Numbered from the stretch's first letter, positions 31,239-40,973 are shown. The stretch is DNA of 64,000 bases from an uncultured Planctomycetaceae bacterium (GCA_964652155.1 CAZZBK010000006.1:24714-88713), one strand, 5' to 3'. The notes: generated by a model not told the origin, from the letters alone. Translations and numbers: made by a program.

Positions 31239-32897
31239 TTAACTCACCAATTCCGATGCGTGCAGGTAGCTGGCGTCGACCGGGTAGTTGCGCCAGCGAA
31301 TCGAGTAGTGCTTCTCGAACCAGTGTTGGATGTCGCGCTCCAGCTCGCGATCATAGTCGGGCTCGACGTGCAGGGTCTTGCCGTTGGCCTCGTCGCGAAT
31401 CTCGCCGTGCTCGACGATTACGCGCCCGGACTTGATCACGATGCGCGGCAACTCGAACATGGTCTCTTGATTCGCGTGCGGCGTGTAGATCGTGATGTCG
31501 GCATCGGCGCCGGGGCCGAGATGCCCCTTGTTTTTGAGCCCCAAGATGCGCGCGGGACCGGCCCGCGTGATGATCGCAATCTCGTTGAGCGTGTATTCAC
31601 GCTCCAGATCGTAGAGCGACGAACGCTCGCGGACCAGCGGGTTGCAGGTCTTGAGCACGTCCCGTCGATAGGTCCGGTCCATGAGCAGTCGGATGATTTG
31701 CGGGTAGGCCAGAAACGAGCCGCCGTTGGGATGGTCGGTGCTCATTACAACGCGCCAGGGGTCATTGACGAGCAAGTACCATTCGAGGCCGATGGCCCAT
31801 TGCAGGGCGTGGACGGCTGACTTGTTCTTGTACTGGATCGGGGTGATGCCGCAGCCGGACTCCATTTCGGTGTCGCCGCTGAACCATTTGCCGCCGTAGA
31901 CTTTCGAGAGGAAGTAGCCCAACGGCCCGTCGCCGGTCATGCTGGTCGTCTGACCGAAGAGCACCTGTCCCACGTCGATGGTGACATTCGCGTGCGCGTT
32001 GACATAGTCGGCCAGCGGCACGACCTGGCTGTTGAACGTGCTCTCGTCGGCCTCGCCGCCACCGTAGCTGTGGAACTGCGCGTGCGTAATGTGCCCGCGA
32101 TGCCCTTCGAGCGCCCGCATCGTTTCGAGCGTGGTGGTCCAATTGCCGGGCATTCCCAGGTTGTTGCAGTGGATATGCACGGGGTGCGGGAGACGCAACT
32201 CGCCGGCGGCCTGGGCCACGCCGCTGACGATCTGCCGTGGGGTGACTTGGAAATGGTCGACGACCGAGTCGAGCCCGCTGACGTTGCCCGAGGCCTGCTG
32301 CTTCCAGACCTCGACGCCGCCAGGGTTAACAAGCTTGGGGGCATACCCTTTGGTGGCCGAGAGCAACCAGCCGATGAACGCCTTGAGCTTTTGGGGTTCC
32401 TGGTCGCGGATCGACTGCATGACGTAGTGGTTGTTGCCCATCAGCACATAAAAACCCTTGTCGAGACACGGGGTGTCGTCGAATTCTTCGTGCGCGTGCC
32501 GCGCGGCAAGGGGCGGGATCGCGGCGTCGAACGCGGTTGTGTAGCCGAGTCCGGCGTACTTGTAGCCGGTGGCAAACGTGCTGGGGACGCTTCCCATCGT
32601 GCCGCTACGGGTGTTGGCCGTGCGAACCACCGGAGCGGATTGACGCTTTTCCTCAGGCCGCATCTTGCGCGCAACATTCACCTTGGGGCCGGCAATGTGA
32701 CAGTGCATGTCGATGCCGCCGGGCATGACGACCAAGCCACGGGCATCGATCTCGCGATGGGGACGCACGCGCGGATCGCTCGGCGCCGCGACGATACGAC
32801 CGTCCGTGATCCACAGGTCGCGCACCTGGCCATCGATGCCGTTGGCCGGGTCATGGATCGTGCCGCCCGAGATTTTTGTGTAGTCCATCACGGTCAT
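31239..32897 (-). CDS. fhcA: Formylmethanofuran dehydrogenase/hydrolase subunit A (amidohydrolase)
   Basis: DMHCHIAGPK, KLVNPGG, HIHCNNLG, HAQFH and STDHPNG motifs, so the dinuclear metal ligands appear intact. Confidence 0.95.
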   Translation of the reverse strand: MTVMDYTKISGGTIHDPANGIDGQVRDLWITDGRIVAAPSDPRVRPHREIDARGLVVMPGGIDMHCHIAGPKVNVARKMRPEEKRQSAPVVRTANTRSGTMGSVPSTFATGYKYAGLGYTTAFDAAIPPLAARHAHEEFDDTPCLDKGFYVLMGNNHYVMQSIRDQEPQKLKAFIGWLLSATKGYAPKLVNPGGVEVWKQQASGNVSGLDSVVDHFQVTPRQIVSGVAQAAGELRLPHPVHIHCNNLGMPGNWTTTLETMRALEGHRGHITHAQFHSYGGGEADESTFNSQVVPLADYVNAHANVTIDVGQVLFGQTTSMTGDGPLGYFLSKVYGGKWFSGDTEMESGCGITPIQYKNKSAVHALQWAIGLEWYLLVNDPWRVVMSTDHPNGGSFLAYPQIIRLLMDRTYRRDVLKTCNPLVRERSSLYDLEREYTLNEIAIITRAGPARILGLKNKGHLGPGADADITIYTPHANQETMFELPRIVIKSGRVIVEHGEIRDEANGKTLHVEPDYDRELERDIQHWFEKHYSIRWRNYPVDASYLHASELVS

Positions 32898-32899
32898 CG

Positions 32900-32968
32900 T
32901 TACGCGGTCACTCCCGGCATCGGCTTGCCCTGCGCTTTGATGTGGCGATCGAGGCTCAGCAAAATATG
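32900..32968 (-). pseudogene. Possible 3' remnant of fhcB
   Basis: Reads HILLSLDRHIKAQGKPMPGVTA* with its stop 2 nt before the fhcA ATG and an in-frame stop immediately upstream; resembles an FwdB C-terminal helix; short, so uncertain. Confidence 0.35.
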
Positions 32969-33115
32969 TTAAGTAGGACGATCAGCGGGTCGTCCTGTTG
33001 CGATGATGATCAGAACCTCGATCACGACGCGAGGTCAATCGAGCGGCCATTCCAACGATCTATTCTGACCGCCGGAGGAGATCGTCACAAGTGCAGCCCA
33101 ACGGCACGTCGTTGA

Positions 33116-33147
33116 GAGGGTGGCCCGGACAACTTGCGGTCGGGGTT
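33116..33147. repeat. Degenerate single REP copy (same family as 17868-17984)
   Basis: gagggtggcccggacaacttgcggtcggggtt vs gagggtggcccagacaacttgttgtctgggtg: 27/32 identities. Confidence 0.7.
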
Positions 33148-33155
33148 GCACATCC

Positions 33156-34004
33156 TCAGGCGGATGTCGAAGCTGACTGGAGCCGCGCCGCGTGACGCAT
33201 GAGCACTTCACCTCGGCCGATCGACACCTGGTCGCCGTGGTAGATGTCGAACTCGTCCGTGAACAAGGTCGTGTCGACTTTTAGCCCGCGGGTGTGAACA
33301 TGGCGTAGCAACACGTCGACGATTTGCGGCCGCGCGGTGGTGGCGAATCGAAAGGTTGGCAGCAGGGGGGGCGGAGTTGGGCCGAGCAGGCCGATGGTCC
33401 CGCGGCGCATGCCGGCTCCGGCACGAATGCCACACGGGCCGAACACGAGCACGGTGCCGGCAATCATGTTGAAGCCGATCAGGTCGCCGGCCGAGCCAGC
33501 GACGGCGATCAGGCCGCGACGCATGCTGAGCGCCACCTCGTTGCCGACATGGCCATCGACGAGAATCGTGCCGCCGGTCATGCCGTGGGTCGAGCCTCGA
33601 TAGGCGGCACCGACCAAGTGCCCCGCGTCGCCGTGGACATGGATCAGGCCCGCGTGCATTTCGGCGCCGACCCATCCCTGGGCGTTGCCATGCACATGGA
33701 TTTGTCCGCCGCGCAAGTCACTGCCGACGTGTCGACCGGCCGGGCCATGAATCTCAATGGAGCCGCTGCGCATGTGCGCGCCGATCCAATGCACACCGGC
33801 GAGATTCCCCTCGAAGTCGAAATGTTGATCGCGAGCATCGCCGGCCACGCGAAACCGTTCTGCCAGCGGGACTTTTCGGTTTCCGTCGAAAATCTCGAAA
33901 CGTTCAATCTCGGCGTTCGATCGTTGGCAGGCCCAGTCGGGAGTGAGCCCTTCGATTTCGACCGGGGCCTGCGATGCGCCCAGATAGGTCAGCCGTAATG
34001 CCAT
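33156..34004 (-). CDS. fhcC: Formylmethanofuran dehydrogenase subunit C (GXGXG beta-helix)
   Basis: Repeated GxxMxGGxIxVxG units, GAAYRGS..GMTGG and MRRGTI. Confidence 0.93.
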   Translation of the reverse strand: MALRLTYLGASQAPVEIEGLTPDWACQRSNAEIERFEIFDGNRKVPLAERFRVAGDARDQHFDFEGNLAGVHWIGAHMRSGSIEIHGPAGRHVGSDLRGGQIHVHGNAQGWVGAEMHAGLIHVHGDAGHLVGAAYRGSTHGMTGGTILVDGHVGNEVALSMRRGLIAVAGSAGDLIGFNMIAGTVLVFGPCGIRAGAGMRRGTIGLLGPTPPPLLPTFRFATTARPQIVDVLLRHVHTRGLKVDTTLFTDEFDIYHGDQVSIGRGEVLMRHAARLQSASTSA

Positions 34005-34140
34005 GTTGCTCCGTCATTCGACCTGTGCGACAACCAAGGATGCATCCTACTGTAATCGGAAACCGGCCGTGGAGCCACCGCATGGAGCGGCGATCCCTAC
34101 AGCGTGCATGGCGCTGGCGGATTGTTAGGCCAGGCACTGG

Positions 34141-36051
34141 TTAAGCGAGCGTCTCGGCCCGATGGGCTGCGACCGTCTCGGCGACGAGACGAATCAACTG
34201 CTCTCGATTGACCGGCTTGGTGATGTAATGCGTGCAGCCGGCTTCGAGGCATTTTTCGCGATCGCCGGACATGGCATGGGCGGTGGCCGCGATAATCACG
34301 CCATCGTAGCCGATGGTGCGCAGCGACCGGGTGGCGTCGTAGCCGTCCATGACCGGCATTTGCATGTCCATGATGATGGCCTCGTAGGCTTGCCCGGCAT
34401 CGGCGGCATTCAAGGCCATCTCGACGGCTTCGCACCCATGCTGGGCTGTCTCGACGGCAGCCCCAGCTTTGGTCAGAAAATGCATGAGCAAGCGGCGGAT
34501 GTCGGGGCCGTCCTCCGCCAACAAGATGCGCATGCCCGCCAGGGCCGTGGCCAAACTGGGCTTGGCAATCATGGTGCCCGGTACTCGGTCGGTCTCGTCG
34601 ACCGACGCCTGTGCGGCATTGCCGACGACGACCTGCACGGGCAGACGAAGGCGGATGCGGGTGCCAACGCCGGGCGTGGACTCGACAATCGTGAGTTCGC
34701 CGCCGAGCATGTCGGCGAACCGGCGACAGATGGCGAGGCCCAACCCTGTGCCGCCAAAGCGGCGCGTCGTCGAGTTGTCGGCCTGGACAAACGGTTGAAA
34801 CAGACGGTGCACAATGTTCGGCTCGATGCCCACCCCCGTGTCGATCACGTCACACTCAATACAGGAGGCGGCTTCGAGATAGCGGGCAACGATTTGGACC
34901 TGGCCCTGGTCGGTAAATTTGATGCCATTGCCAACGATGTTGACGAGAATCTGACGGAACCGGGCGGGGTCGGTGATCACGACCGGGGGCAGCGGCGTCT
35001 CGTACGTGAGATTCAGGTCGATCTTTTTTTGCTCGGCGCGAATGCGCATCAGCGCTTCCACATCCGACAATATGGCGCGTGGCGAACACTCGGCGTATTC
35101 CATGCGGAACTTGCCCGCCTCGATCCGAGAAAGATCAAGGATGTCGTTGATAATGGCAAGCAGATGCTGGCCATTCTGGCGAATCGTTTCGATCGCGTCG
35201 GAGCATTGGGGCGGGGCTTGGCGGATGTCCCCGTGTTCGTACAGCAAGTCTGCGTAGCCAATGATGGCGGTCATGGGCGTGCGAATTTCGTGGCTCATGT
35301 TGGCCAGAAACTCGCTTTTGGCGATGTTCGCCGTCTCGGCCTGTTGCAGCGAGTGACGCAGTTGCTCTTCGCTGCGCTGCAAGGCCTCGGTCCGGGCGAT
35401 GATCGTGTCTTCCATCACTTCGGCAATCTGGTCCGCCTCGGCCTGGCAGCGGGCAATCTCGCGCATCTCATTCAGGCTGCGCCGACAAGCGTCGATTAGA
35501 AACACGTCTTCGTAAATCACCCAACAGACATGCTCCACCCAGCGCCAGGGATACGTTTCCACGGCACCGAACACACTTTCGGGCCAGAGTATGCCGCGCG
35601 CGGCATGATCGACTCCGGTGACGATCGTTGCCGTGATTAGCACCCGCCAATCGCGATAGAACGACAAAAAGGCCAGTGAACCAAACACATGAAAATGGGT
35701 TTCGATGCGACCGCCCGTCAAGTGAATCAGCAGCGCCGACATGAGCGACTGCCCAATCGCCACCGCGTGCCGCGTGGCGGCATGACCGGGACGGAAATAG
35801 ATCAACGCCAAGGGGGGCACGACGATCAGTCCGCCCAACAGCAAGGCGATCCAGACGTGCGGATGAACGTAGCTCTGTGCCCCCGCCCAGGTGCGGGGCG
35901 AAATAAAGATCGCGATGGCCACGGCCATGAGCCATTCAATGCCCAGCAGCCAGCCAAAGAGCCGATCGGTGGTGCGCCAATTACTCGCGCAGTGCTGAGC
36001 CAACAAGCGATTCGATTCGTAACTGAGTGTATTCATGGGTCCCGTTCTCAT
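34141..36051 (-). CDS. Membrane-bound hybrid histidine kinase (HisKA-HATPase-REC)
   Basis: TM sensor with [17 protein letters not shown]-box [26 protein letters not shown] and receiver DMQMP. Confidence 0.92.
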   Translation of the reverse strand: MRTGPMNTLSYESNRLLAQHCASNWRTTDRLFGWLLGIEWLMAVAIAIFISPRTWAGAQSYVHPHVWIALLLGGLIVVPPLALIYFRPGHAATRHAVAIGQSLMSALLIHLTGGRIETHFHVFGSLAFLSFYRDWRVLITATIVTGVDHAARGILWPESVFGAVETYPWRWVEHVCWVIYEDVFLIDACRRSLNEMREIARCQAEADQIAEVMEDTIIARTEALQRSEEQLRHSLQQAETANIAKSEFLANMSHEIRTPMTAIIGYADLLYEHGDIRQAPPQCSDAIETIRQNGQHLLAIINDILDLSRIEAGKFRMEYAECSPRAILSDVEALMRIRAEQKKIDLNLTYETPLPPVVITDPARFRQILVNIVGNGIKFTDQGQVQIVARYLEAASCIECDVIDTGVGIEPNIVHRLFQPFVQADNSTTRRFGGTGLGLAICRRFADMLGGELTIVESTPGVGTRIRLRLPVQVVVGNAAQASVDETDRVPGTMIAKPSLATALAGMRILLAEDGPDIRRLLMHFLTKAGAAVETAQHGCEAVEMALNAADAGQAYEAIIMDMQMPVMDGYDATRSLRTIGYDGVIIAATAHAMSGDREKCLEAGCTHYITKPVNREQLIRLVAETVAAHRAETLA

Positions 36052-36677
36052 CGCGGGTTGGAACGTTCAGGATGATCGGTCTCGGTGCGATTCAACAGCG
36101 CGCAGCCGAAGACCGGTGCGTGAATCAGTGGGTAGCCGGGGGTCGTGAGCGCGTGACGCAACCCTTGTTCGTACGCGCTGGCTGCCTCGCCACCGCGCTG
36201 CGCGGTCAGCCCTCCGGCAAATCGCAACGCGCCGCGCGGGTCGTAATACAGCACGTAACCGGATGTCGTCGCGCCAAATCGGGCGGCCTCGCTGCCGTCC
36301 ATGTCGTTTTGCAGTTGGGCCTGGTCGATCTCCGCCGCGGTCTGCCAGTTCGCCGACAAGGACTGGCCCGAATCGTTCATCAAGGCCGGCAAAAACAACA
36401 CATGGCAGGTCGGTCGGGCTCCACGGGTGGCCAGCGCGTCGCGCAGCTTGACCAACCCGGCACGCGTACAGGCACAACGCGGATGCACAAACATGACAAT
36501 CGTTCCGTGCCGCGTATCGTGAGGCAACATCGAGTCGAGCGGCCAAACCAGCGGCAAGCGGGCCGTCGGCCCCGCGATGTGTTCGTAGGCCATCCATTGC
36601 GCAGCGCCATACGCGACCAGCGACAACCACAGCAGACCGCCACCCACGATCACGAATCCGTTTGCAGTTGGTTTCAT
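36048..36677 (-). CDS. RedB-like thioredoxin-fold membrane-anchored protein
   Basis: [31 protein letters not shown] and PVFGC motifs; ATGA-coupled to the kinase. Confidence 0.7.
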   Translation of the reverse strand: MKPTANGFVIVGGGLLWLSLVAYGAAQWMAYEHIAGPTARLPLVWPLDSMLPHDTRHGTIVMFVHPRCACTRAGLVKLRDALATRGARPTCHVLFLPALMNDSGQSLSANWQTAAEIDQAQLQNDMDGSEAARFGATTSGYVLYYDPRGALRFAGGLTAQRGGEAASAYEQGLRHALTTPGYPLIHAPVFGCALLNRTETDHPERSNPR

Positions 36678-36735
36678 AGTCAGCGCGCGTCGACGGCGAA
36701 CATACTCAATGGGTGCAGCCCCAGGTATATATCAA

Positions 36736-37680
36736 TTAAATCGCGAGGGCTTCTATGGGCTTGGTTCGACCCGATTGCAGATTGCGCACCATGTGTTCGA
36801 CAGCCAACAACGCGCATTGCAGCGTCATCACCACGTCGGTCGTGGTCAAAATTCCGACAAGTCGCCCGTCATCGACGACAGGCAGACTGGAGATATGGCC
36901 GTAAAGCAACGTCGTGATCGCGTCGTTGACCAACGAATCGGACGAGACCGTCGTGGGGCACGCGACCATGAGATTACAAGCCTGCGCATGATCTGACACA
37001 TTTCGCAGGTCACGATCGCTGACGATGCCGACCAACAGGCCCTCCTCGTCACAAATCAACATATGGCGAATATTGTCGGCCACGAAAATCTCGCGAAGTT
37101 CATTGGCGGTGGTCGTCGGCAGCGCCGTGGTCACGTTGGTCGTCATCAAATCGCGAATCTTCAGATCGCTGGGTAATAGCTTGTGCGTATCCTTGACGAG
37201 CATGCTCATCAGACGCAACCGTTTTTTGGCGAACCGGGCGCGGGACGCGACCTCGGGAGAAACACCCGCGTCGTCGGGTGAGGCATCGTGTGCCCGGTGG
37301 CCGCGAAAGATATGCGCGTTGCCGTGTGAGCGCCGAGCCATCAACCAACCCATGCCGGCAAACGTCACGGCAATGACGACGCCAACGATAATCAATCGGC
37401 CGTCATCGGCGGCCAACCGTTCCAAGGGTACGGCTGCTGCGGAAGCGGTCGTCATCCGGGGCTGGGCTGATCCCAACGAAATCGTCTCATTTTCAACCGG
37501 TTCCTGGCCATAGGTCGGCGTGGCCCATAGGGTTGCCAGGCATAGCACTATCCAGGCACAATCGCCGAAACTCACGGCAGGCGCAAGGCTAATCCCTTGC
37601 TTGCGATGGGGCTGGGTAGGGTCGGGAGCGTTGTTCATAGGGGTTTTCCAATACATGGCCGCCTCATGGAATCTTGGCAC
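36736..37680 (-). CDS. Membrane-anchored CBS-pair protein; start uncertain
   Basis: Two hydrophobic segments followed by IRHMLI...VGIVSDRDL and ISSLPVVDDGRLVGILTTTD. Confidence 0.8.
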   Translation of the reverse strand: MPRFHEAAMYWKTPMNNAPDPTQPHRKQGISLAPAVSFGDCAWIVLCLATLWATPTYGQEPVENETISLGSAQPRMTTASAAAVPLERLAADDGRLIIVGVVIAVTFAGMGWLMARRSHGNAHIFRGHRAHDASPDDAGVSPEVASRARFAKKRLRLMSMLVKDTHKLLPSDLKIRDLMTTNVTTALPTTTANELREIFVADNIRHMLICDEEGLLVGIVSDRDLRNVSDHAQACNLMVACPTTVSSDSLVNDAITTLLYGHISSLPVVDDGRLVGILTTTDVVMTLQCALLAVEHMVRNLQSGRTKPIEALAI

Positions 37681-37709
37681 GCAGCCAAGTCTTTGCGCAT
37701 GGCGAGTAT

Positions 37710-37950
37710 TCAGCTTGCCGACAAAACTACGTCATGATTAACAATCAGTCGGTTCACGATTTCAGGAACGCTCAGCACCAAAGCAAATTGCCCGCCCCCT
37801 AGTTGAGCTACACCCGCCACGGACGGCGTCGCGCTGACAATGTCTTTCACGCCATTCACGACCACTTTGCGTGTCCCCAGCACCTGATCGACGAGCAGGC
37901 ACATCTGCCCGAATTGTGTGCCGACCACCACGGCCGACAAAGCCCGCTCG
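37710..37950 (-). pseudogene. 3' remnant of cheA (partial CheW-like P5 domain)
   Basis: AVVVG...LLVDQVLGTRKVVV...VAGVAQLGGGQFALVLSV; the 5' part is absent. Confidence 0.75.
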
Positions 37951-37953
37951 GCA

Positions 37954-38207
37954 CTCGGTTCGTGTCGCACGCCATCGAGCGCATGACTGCCTTGAACCTA
38001 ACCATCAGCAAAGATGAAAAGAATCTTGGCCGTGGCTTTGAAGTTGGGCACAGCTATTTCTGCCCGCCCACTAGTTTCATGTCAACCGCCGACTGGGATG
38101 CTTGGTACCGTTCCGTTATCAAGTGGGAAATTGCCCCTCTACTTCGCGAGTACTGGTTTGATGATATACCGCGGGCCCACAAACAGGTTGAAAGACTGCT
38201 CGCATGA
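37954..38207 (+). pseudogene. mcrB: 3' remnant of mcrB (AAA+ C-terminus only)
   Basis: MTALNLTISKDEKNLGRGFEVGHSYFC...EIAPLLREYWFDD; no Walker A/B and no DNA-binding domain. Confidence 0.85.
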
Positions 38208-39250
38208 TCCCGGTTCAGAATGTTTATTACTTGCTACTCTACGCCTGGGACGCATTGGAACAGGGCGACATAGAGTCCGTTACATCCGAGCCTGAGACGA
38301 AAGTGCTTGACCTTTTGGCAATCGTGCTCAACAACGGCATCGATCGCCTGTTGCGACAGGGTCTACACCAGGCTTACCTTTCACGAAAAGAAACGATTCC
38401 CGGCGTCCGTGGCAAGTTCGACGTGTCTGCGACAGTGAAGGCCAACCTGTGGCAACGCGCCCAAACCGTGTGCGAGTTCGATGAGTTAAGTCACGACATC
38501 TTGCACAATCGAATACTTAAATCCACGCTCAGCCATTTGCTGCGAACTGACGGCCTAGACGCTCGTGTGCGCGAACCGCTACGCGCCACATGGCACCGTC
38601 TGCATGAGATCACTGAGATTCCTCTGAGTGACCGCGTTTTCCGACGGGTACAATATCATCGCAACAATCGCCCCTACCGCTTCCTCCTTGATGTTTGCCA
38701 ACTCCTCCAAGATTATCTCATCCCCAGCGAGCGTACGGGCCAATTCCTCTTCCGAAACTTTCTGCGTGATAAAAGGAGGATGAGCGTTCTATTTGAACGA
38801 TTCATCCGTAACTTCTACCAGCGTCATGCAGAGGGATACACTGTCGAGTCCGAGTCGATGCAATGGGAGGACACTTCCGGATCTTTCCAGGACCTCGCTC
38901 TATTGCCTGGTATGCGAACCGACGTCACCCTCCGCAGACCTGGCTTAGTGCTGGTCGTGGATGCCAAATACTACCGGGATACATTACAAGAATATCGAGG
39001 ACACACGACTATTCGGTCTGCTCACCTCTATCAGCTCTTTGCCTACTTAAAAAATATCGCCTCGATAATGAGCGATCAAGCGGAGGTGGAAGGACTCTTA
39101 GTCTACCCTTTGACGACTCGCGAACTCAAACTCAACCTGCGAATCCACGGCCACCAAATACGGGTTAATACGCTAAACTTGAACCAACATTGGCCTCAAA
39201 TCCACGCCGATCTCCTTGGGTTGCTCCCTCCTCAATATCAACTGCAATAA
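38204..39250 (+). CDS. mcrC: McrC restriction endonuclease subunit
   Basis: IPVQNVYYLLLYAW, NRILKSTL, LFERFIRNFY, MRTDV..VVDAKYY and LYQLFAY motifs; visibly more AT-rich than its neighbours. Confidence 0.92.
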   Translation: MIPVQNVYYLLLYAWDALEQGDIESVTSEPETKVLDLLAIVLNNGIDRLLRQGLHQAYLSRKETIPGVRGKFDVSATVKANLWQRAQTVCEFDELSHDILHNRILKSTLSHLLRTDGLDARVREPLRATWHRLHEITEIPLSDRVFRRVQYHRNNRPYRFLLDVCQLLQDYLIPSERTGQFLFRNFLRDKRRMSVLFERFIRNFYQRHAEGYTVESESMQWEDTSGSFQDLALLPGMRTDVTLRRPGLVLVVDAKYYRDTLQEYRGHTTIRSAHLYQLFAYLKNIASIMSDQAEVEGLLVYPLTTRELKLNLRIHGHQIRVNTLNLNQHWPQIHADLLGLLPPQYQLQ

Positions 39251-39281
39251 TTGAGCTGTTGGTCTCGAATAATGCTGTGGA

Positions 39282-39483
39282 AGAATGTTGTTGAGTGGCC
39301 TGAACTATCAAGAAATGGCCGCTGAACTCGGCATAATCCCAACGCGCGGTCGAGGATCGCCGCGCGCGGGTGATGCAAAAACTGCGGGTCGATTCGTTGC
39401 CCGAACTCGTCCGGTTCGCACTCCATGCCGGCATCCCTGTCGATCCACGGACCCACCATGAGCGCACCGCCTCGCATGGCTGA
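39282..39483 (+). pseudogene. 3' remnant of a FixJ/LuxR-type response regulator (frameshifted HTH)
   Basis: LLSGLNYQEMAAELGI, then +1 frameshift to SQRAVEDRRARVMQKLRVDSLPELVRFA...*. Confidence 0.8.
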
Positions 39484-39490
39484 CGCGCAT

Positions 39491-40837
39491 TTACTTCGCC
39501 AACTCATGAACCTTGGCCACAATCGACTCTTCGACCGTGCTGTCCCAACTCGTGGGCAAGCCGTAATAGATCATCGCCGAAGCGCCTTCGTAGCCACCTT
39601 CCTTCAGGACGCGCAACGACGGGATGTAGGCCATCACGTCGTTCGAGTAACCGGCGATCCACGTCGGCCGCGGCCCAAGCTCCTTGGCCAGCCGCAGCGC
39701 GAAGTCGACGACCACTTCGCCCCCCAGCACGACCCATCGCAGCTCATTCCCCACGTGCCACACCTGCACCGGATACGGATACGTCGGGCTCAGTGGAGTC
39801 CCGGCGTCGATCTGAGCCAGCAGTCCCTTGGCGCGTAGCGCGATGTAGTTGTTCTTGTCTTGCGACTGGCTCAGCAGTTCCGCGCGCGTGGGGAGCGTGT
39901 CGAGGCGGAGCGGAATTTCCTCGTACCGCGTCGTGAGCTTCCCCCGCACCTCGTTGAGCTTGCCGCCGAGCACCGCCTCGACCGACTTCGCCAGCCGTTC
40001 GCCGTATTGTTGGGCAAGCTCAACTTGCCGTCGGGGCAACGGATTCTGATCGGCTCCGCAACCCGCCCAAAACAACGCAATCGCGCCCGGATGCGCACGC
40101 TCGACCGCGTCCATCGCAAAGCCAGGATAATCGGCGCACCACTGATAAAAACTCAACACGGTCGCATGACAGGCGTAGCCAAATGTCACCGCCATCAATT
40201 CGCCCTGCGCGTTCTTAATGGCCAACACCGGGACGCGATGATCGACGGGCCCCTTGAGCTGAGCGGCGGCGCGCAGTTGCGGAACGTCGGCTTCTTTGTT
40301 GGCGCGACGGTTGACGGCAAAGTCGCACGTTCCCTCGGCGTATTCGAGCCGCGCCGGGGCGAGCTTTTTCAGGGCGGCACCGATCAACTCGATCAGCTTC
40401 GTCTCCAGTTGCCGCGTGTAGGCGTCGACGCGCTGCCGCTCGGCGGCGCCAAATGAGTACATCGCGCCCAGGTTGTGACCCACGACCGGTCCGCAATGTG
40501 TGTGCGAGCAGTTGATCGCAATTTGATCGCGTCGCAATTTGAAGCGTTCGGCCGCGGCGGCACAAACGTGCTCGCTGGTCACGCGATCAATTCCCACTAG
40601 GTCGACCGTCACGAGCACGGCACGCTCCCCTTGGGGGTCTTCCAAGGCCACCGCTTTGCCCCACAGCTCGGTCAGCTTTCCTTCGGCCGCATGGTCTCGT
40701 CCGCCATAACCGCTCATCCACATGAGTTGCTCGGGCGTGATCGTCACCTTGGCCGCCCCGGCCTTCCATTGCGCCGCGACGTCGTCGATCAATCCCAAGG
40801 TGATGAGCACAAACCAAGCGAGCAGGGACGAGCGCAT
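39491..40837 (-). CDS. Neutral/alkaline ceramidase N-terminal domain family protein
   Basis: WMSGYGGR, CSHTHCGP, VNRR, GYACHATVL and EGGYEG motifs; likely start is MRSSLL. Confidence 0.87.
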   Translation of the reverse strand: MRSSLLAWFVLITLGLIDDVAAQWKAGAAKVTITPEQLMWMSGYGGRDHAAEGKLTELWGKAVALEDPQGERAVLVTVDLVGIDRVTSEHVCAAAAERFKLRRDQIAINCSHTHCGPVVGHNLGAMYSFGAAERQRVDAYTRQLETKLIELIGAALKKLAPARLEYAEGTCDFAVNRRANKEADVPQLRAAAQLKGPVDHRVPVLAIKNAQGELMAVTFGYACHATVLSFYQWCADYPGFAMDAVERAHPGAIALFWAGCGADQNPLPRRQVELAQQYGERLAKSVEAVLGGKLNEVRGKLTTRYEEIPLRLDTLPTRAELLSQSQDKNNYIALRAKGLLAQIDAGTPLSPTYPYPVQVWHVGNELRWVVLGGEVVVDFALRLAKELGPRPTWIAGYSNDVMAYIPSLRVLKEGGYEGASAMIYYGLPTSWDSTVEESIVAKVHELAK

Positions 40838-40875
40838 GAGAACTCTCCGAGTGTTAAAGCCAATGCAATGCTTAA

Positions 40876-40973
40876 GAGCGTCTGACAAAAAGGCTGGGGA
40901 CGGTCCCAATTTCCGAGGACCGCCGAGAAAAATGGGACGGTCCCCCTCTCTGCTGCCATTTTGTGAGACGCTC
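40876..40973. mobile_element. 98-bp MITE-like element with 15-bp terminal inverted repeats and TAA target duplication
   Basis: TAA|GAGCGTCTGACAAAA ... TTTTGTGAGACGCTC|TAA (14/15 match); internal ggggacggtccc / gggacggtcccc palindromic pair. Confidence 0.7.

Noticed and set aside
32975-33036. Two adjacent hairpins upstream of fhcA, considered as a riboswitch or ncRNA
   Set aside because: No recognisable riboswitch consensus; short GC-rich stems can arise by chance; would need an Rfam/covariance search
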